NCBI GenBank assembly: GCA_963806225.1
Contig: CAWDXG010000004.1
Location: forward strand, 5,504,001 to 5,568,000
DNA from: an uncultured delta proteobacterium
Lineage (GTDB): Bacteria; Myxococcota_A; Polyangia; Polyangiales; Polyangiaceae
Direction of reading: 5' to 3'
Length of the DNA stretch: 64,000 nucleotides
In this document: in pieces, positions 60,539 to 64,000 of the stretch
Layout: every line of letters starts with the position of its first letter
Position numbering within the stretch: position 1 is the stretch's first letter
Notes under the pieces: generated by a model
What the model was told of the DNA's origin: nothing
What the model saw: only the letters and a program-made list of their open reading frames with translations
Databases searched by the model: none
Made by a program: the position numbers and the translations under genes

Positions 60539-60841
60539 GTGCCTCCGAAGGAGAACGGTCCGGGGAAGCTGCCTTCCTTTTCGCGCAGCGCGCGGGGAAT
60601 GCTCAGCAAGTCTGAAGACGCCGTGATCGACCGCGCCCGTGACAACTGCGAACAGGCGCCCGGGATCGGCGACGAAGCAGGCGGAGTGATCCTCGCCCAG
60701 CACTGCTCGCATGGCAGCCATGGTTCGCATGGTTCGCATGGCAGTCACGGTTCGCACGGTAGCCACGGCTCGCATGGCAGCCACGGCTCGCACGGTAGCC
60801 ACGGCTCGCACGGTAGCCACGGCTCGCACGGCTCCTGGTAG
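60539..60841 (+). CDS. His-Xaa-Ser repeat peptide (HxsA-like, putative RiPP precursor or metal-binding peptide)
   Basis: Leader ending VILAQ, then HCS + 14xHGS + W-stop; GTG 60539 lies 6 nt after TATGCT (alternative start ATG 60599). Confidence 0.8.
   Translation: MPPKENGPGKLPSFSRSARGMLSKSEDAVIDRARDNCEQAPGIGDEAGGVILAQHCSHGSHGSHGSHGSHGSHGSHGSHGSHGSHGSHGSHGSHGSHGSW
60701..60835 (+). repeat. 15 x 9-bp coding repeat (His-Xaa-Ser)
   Basis: 135 bp; units vary almost only synonymously (CAT/CAC, GGC/GGT, TCG/AGC/AGT/TCC). Confidence 0.95.
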
Positions 60842-60887
60842 CGATGTTCCCCTGCGCCGAGCGGACGCACGCGAGCGTGCCGCGTGC

Positions 60888-61292
60888 CTAGTGGCAGTTC
60901 TTGAAGTTCATCGTCGCGGTGATGTGATGTCCGCTGCCGGTGCAGTCCGCGCTTAGCGTGCCCTGCACGTTCTTGACGTCGTTCACCGTGCTGTTCTGCT
61001 CGGCCACGTTGATCGTGCCGCAGCCCTGACCGATCAGCGAGCCCGTCTTCGCACCCGGCTCGAACAGGAACGTGCGCAGGCTGCCGTTCTCGAGCGCTAC
61101 AAAGCGCAGCCGCCGCCCGGAGCCGTCCGTGAAATCGACGCCCGAGAATTTCGGCATGTTGGCCTGCCCGGAGCGGCACGCGCTCGGCTTGAAGGTGGTG
61201 CCGTCCACGTTGATGCTGCCGGAAAGCTTGGCCCGGCAGGCGAGCAATGCCCCCGCGACCATCACCAACCCCATGAAGATCGTACCCCGCAT
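60888..61292 (-). CDS. Small beta-rich lipoprotein
   Basis: Lipobox LLAC; four further Cys; TG-T-TATCCT extended -10 lies 7 nt before the ATG. Confidence 0.78.
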   Translation of the reverse strand: MRGTIFMGLVMVAGALLACRAKLSGSINVDGTTFKPSACRSGQANMPKFSGVDFTDGSGRRLRFVALENGSLRTFLFEPGAKTGSLIGQGCGTINVAEQNSTVNDVKNVQGTLSADCTGSGHHITATMNFKNCH

Positions 61293-61338
61293 GGCGACGA
61301 GGATAACACGGCGCGGAAACGGGGTAGGATCGGATCCC

Positions 61339-62172
61339 ATGCCGCACAAACAAGCATTCTGGATGCTGTTCCTGGCCGGTGCTCTCTCATTGGGTTGTGG
61401 AAAGAGCCCGGTGAGCGGAGCCCACGATGCCGGCGGGGCGACCTGCCAGACGCTGTTCGGCTCGCCGAATACGTCGACCGGGCTGGACGCCCGCGCGTGC
61501 CGTCCGGAGTGCGCGTGCGGCGGCGACGCCTGGGCGCCACCGGGCTACACCCAGCAGCAGATCGACGCTCTGACGCAGCGGACCCTGCTCGATCCTCCCG
61601 CGCCGCTCGCGGACGATCCGTACACGCACCCGCAGGACTTCCCGGCGCACCCCGGCGAGGCGTGCGGTGTACTTCCCGACAAGTCCCAGCCGGACGCGTA
61701 TCGCCTGCAGACCTACGCGAGCGCGGATGCCGCAAAGCAGGCCGGCGCGACGCTGACGCACTATGGAGCGTGTGGTTTGTGCTCGCCCCTGGCCGATCTG
61801 GCCGTCTACATGAAGAACGACGACCTGACGGGCCCGGTGCGCACCTGCGCGCTCAAGGCCACGCCGGATGGTGGAGCCGGGGCCGCTATGGCGTGCCTGA
61901 TGGCGCTCGGCTTCGACCAGCCGTGCGCGCAGATCTGGTACTACAACGCACTCAACACGCGCGCGCACTGCCTATCGCCGTGTCTCGCCGATCTGTCCAA
62001 GCCGTACCAGAAGCCCGACGGCGCGCTCAACGACTGCCTGCAGTGCGACGAGGACCAGAGCGGCCCCGTCTTCAAGGCCGTTGCCGGACGCACCCGCCGC
62101 AGCTCGGGCCTCCCCTCCGCCATCTGCCGCCCCTGCTCGAGCGTCCGCCGCGTCGTGCACGTCTATCCGTGA
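61339..62172 (+). CDS. Cys-rich lipoprotein of unknown function
   Basis: Lipobox LSLGC; 16 further Cys; THYGACGLCS and CLQCDEDQSGPVFKAVAGRTRRSSG motifs. Confidence 0.8.
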   Translation: MPHKQAFWMLFLAGALSLGCGKSPVSGAHDAGGATCQTLFGSPNTSTGLDARACRPECACGGDAWAPPGYTQQQIDALTQRTLLDPPAPLADDPYTHPQDFPAHPGEACGVLPDKSQPDAYRLQTYASADAAKQAGATLTHYGACGLCSPLADLAVYMKNDDLTGPVRTCALKATPDGGAGAAMACLMALGFDQPCAQIWYYNALNTRAHCLSPCLADLSKPYQKPDGALNDCLQCDEDQSGPVFKAVAGRTRRSSGLPSAICRPCSSVRRVVHVYP

Positions 62173-62182
62173 TCTCGGCGGC

Positions 62183-63463
62183 TCAGAGTCCCGCCAGCGC
62201 TTCCGACGCCGCGGTGATCGTCGCCTCGATGTCCGCCGGCGTGTGCGCCGCGGAGATGAAGGCGGTCTCGAACTGCGAGGGCGGCCAGTAGATGCCGCGT
62301 TCGAGCATGGCCTGGTGCCACTTGCCGAAGCGCTCGGTATTGCTGGCGCCCGCGTCCTTGAACGAGCGCACCGGCCCGTCGTGGAAGAACAGCGTCAGCA
62401 TGGAGCCGACGCGCTGCACGACGCCCGGCACCTTGTGCCCGGCCAGCGCGTTCTGAAGCCCCTGCTCGAGCATCGCGCCGCGCTCCTCGAGTTGGGAGTA
62501 TACGGCGGGCGTGAGCCGCTCGAGTGTCGCGAGCCCCGCGCTGGTTGCGAGCGGATTGCCGCTCAGCGTGCCCGCCTGGTAGACGGGGCCAAGCGGCGCG
62601 ATCTTCTGCATCACGTCGGCGCGCCCGCCGTAGACGGCGAGCGGCATGCCGCCGCCGACGATCTTGCCCAGGCAGGTGAGGTCCGGCGTCATGCCGTAGC
62701 GCTCCTGCGCGCCGCCGCGCGCCACGCGGAAGCCCGTCATCACCTCGTCGAAGATGCTGAGCGCGCCGTGCGCCTTGCACAGCCGCACGATCGCTTCGAG
62801 GAAGCCCGGCTCCGGCGGCACGCAGCCCATGTTGCCCGCCACCGGCTCGACGATGACCGCCGCGATGCGCGCGCCGTCGCGCTGGAACAGCTTTTCCAGC
62901 GCCGCCGCGTCGTTGTAGCCGACGGTGGCGGTGTTCGCGACCATGGGCTTGGGCACGCCGGCCGAGTCGGGCGCGCCGAACGTCGCCGCGCCGCTGCCCG
63001 CCTTGATGAGCAGAGCGTCCGAGTGGCCGTGGTAGGCGCCGTCGAACTTGACGATCACGTCGCGGCCCGTGAAGCCGCGCGCCACCCTGAGCGCGCTCAT
63101 CGTCGCCTCGGTGCCGCTGGAGACGCAGCGCAACATCTCGATCGACGGGTAGCGGTCGATCACGGCCTCGGCGAAGCGCACCTCGAGCTCGGTCGGTGCG
63201 CCGAACGACAGGCCCCGCGCCGCGGCGTGCTGCACCACCTCCACCACCTTGTCGTGCGCGTGGCCGAGGATGGCCGGACCCCACGAGCCGACGTAGTCGA
63301 TGTACTCGCGGCCGTCCGCCCCCGTGATGCGCGAGCCCTTGGCCTTCGTCACGAACACCGGGTGCCCGCCCACTGCGCGGAACGCGCGCACCGGGCTGTT
63401 CACGCCGCCCGGCATCAGCCGCTCGGCCCGTGTCATCAACTGCTCGGAAACCTTGTCGCTCAT
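62183..63463 (-). CDS. hemL: Glutamate-1-semialdehyde 2,1-aminomutase
   Basis: PGGVNSPVRAF, SWGP, SGTEATM, YHGH, FDEVMTGFR, GKIVGGGMP, YQAGTLSGNP, PSQFE. Confidence 0.97.
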   Translation of the reverse strand: MSDKVSEQLMTRAERLMPGGVNSPVRAFRAVGGHPVFVTKAKGSRITGADGREYIDYVGSWGPAILGHAHDKVVEVVQHAAARGLSFGAPTELEVRFAEAVIDRYPSIEMLRCVSSGTEATMSALRVARGFTGRDVIVKFDGAYHGHSDALLIKAGSGAATFGAPDSAGVPKPMVANTATVGYNDAAALEKLFQRDGARIAAVIVEPVAGNMGCVPPEPGFLEAIVRLCKAHGALSIFDEVMTGFRVARGGAQERYGMTPDLTCLGKIVGGGMPLAVYGGRADVMQKIAPLGPVYQAGTLSGNPLATSAGLATLERLTPAVYSQLEERGAMLEQGLQNALAGHKVPGVVQRVGSMLTLFFHDGPVRSFKDAGASNTERFGKWHQAMLERGIYWPPSQFETAFISAAHTPADIEATITAASEALAGL

Positions 63464-63540
63464 GGCCGGCGTTCTACATGACCGCCCCGCATGCCGCCAC
63501 CGCGTCTGTCATGAGCCGCCGGGCCGGGCGGTGCGAGCGT

Positions 63541-63999
63541 TCAGTGGCCGACCGTGACCTTCCGGTCGTACGAGTCGTAGCCGGTCGGCATCGCCACGTG
63601 GACGCTGTACGCGCCCGGCGCGAGTCCCGATACCGTGACGCGCTGGTGGACCATGCTCGCGCACGACGTGCGCGTGGACGAGTGGTTCTCGTCCAACAGT
63701 TGGACCGTGACGCGGCCGGGTCCGGCGCGGTGCGCCCGCCACACCCACTGCCCGTCGCAGGCCAGCCCTTCGATCATGTCGACGACCAGTCCGCCTTTCG
63801 TCGCTGTCAGGTCCAGCTTGGACGGCGCCTCGCCGGGCATCGGCGCTTCCAGATTCTCGGTGTGCACGGCGAGCGCACCCGAGCCCGGCGCTGCGGGGCC
63901 GGGCTGAGCTGCGGGTGGCGCGGTCGCATGCGATGCCGACGGGGAAGAGCTGTGCGAGTCGTGCTGCGGGGCCGGCGGCTCTTCCGCGCGCGGTGCGGG
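63541..63999 (-). CDS. Hypothetical secreted-type protein (partial; start outside window)
   Basis: The frame of ORF 63541..63867 stays open to the window end (PAPRAEEPPAPQHDS... Pro/Ala linker); C-terminal beta domain with a Cys pair and VSGLAPGAY. Confidence 0.6.
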   Translation of the reverse strand, partial: PAPRAEEPPAPQHDSHSSSPSASHATAPPAAQPGPAAPGSGALAVHTENLEAPMPGEAPSKLDLTATKGGLVVDMIEGLACDGQWVWRAHRAGPGRVTVQLLDENHSSTRTSCASMVHQRVTVSGLAPGAYSVHVAMPTGYDSYDRKVTVGH

Positions 64000-64000
64000 C

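Noticed and set aside
60701..60835. Tandem repeat as a CRISPR array or non-coding VNTR
   Set aside because: The 9-bp units have no spacers, no cas genes are present, and variation is synonymous in the His-Gly-Ser frame.
60745..61353. Minus-strand ORF ending in (EPWLPC)n repeats
   Set aside because: It is the antisense reading of the HGS repeat and an off-frame overlap of the 60888..61292 lipoprotein.

Overview
High-GC bacterial chromosomal window. The gene content (eukaryote-like Ser/Thr kinases, an FHA-sigma54 activator, Gly-Thr-Gly-Gly-linker lipoproteins) points to a Polyangiaceae-like myxobacterium; this is inference. About 50 CDSs. Housekeeping: secA, rseP, rsmB-like, dapAB, lgt, lspA, thiC behind a TPP riboswitch, hslO, yacG, glyS, ppdK, hemL. 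Accessory: a GldA/F/G-DUF4340 ABC operon, a GH31 lipoprotein, a small polysaccharide cluster, an AlkB-like gene with TetR and twin operators, an EF-hand NOX5-like NADPH oxidase, a neuB/neuA/neuC cluster ending in an unusual WaaA-like protein, a 1179-aa repeat surface lipoprotein with a candidate sigma54 promoter, and an orphan His-Xaa-Ser (HCS + 14xHGS) precursor-like peptide. Six single-base +1 frameshifts, two in essential glyS, are most likely sequencing errors. Many genes have a TAnnnT hexamer 6-9 nt before the start codon, suggesting leaderless transcripts. No rRNA, tRNA, CRISPR or mobile element was recognised. All calls are by eye from motifs; no database search was run.
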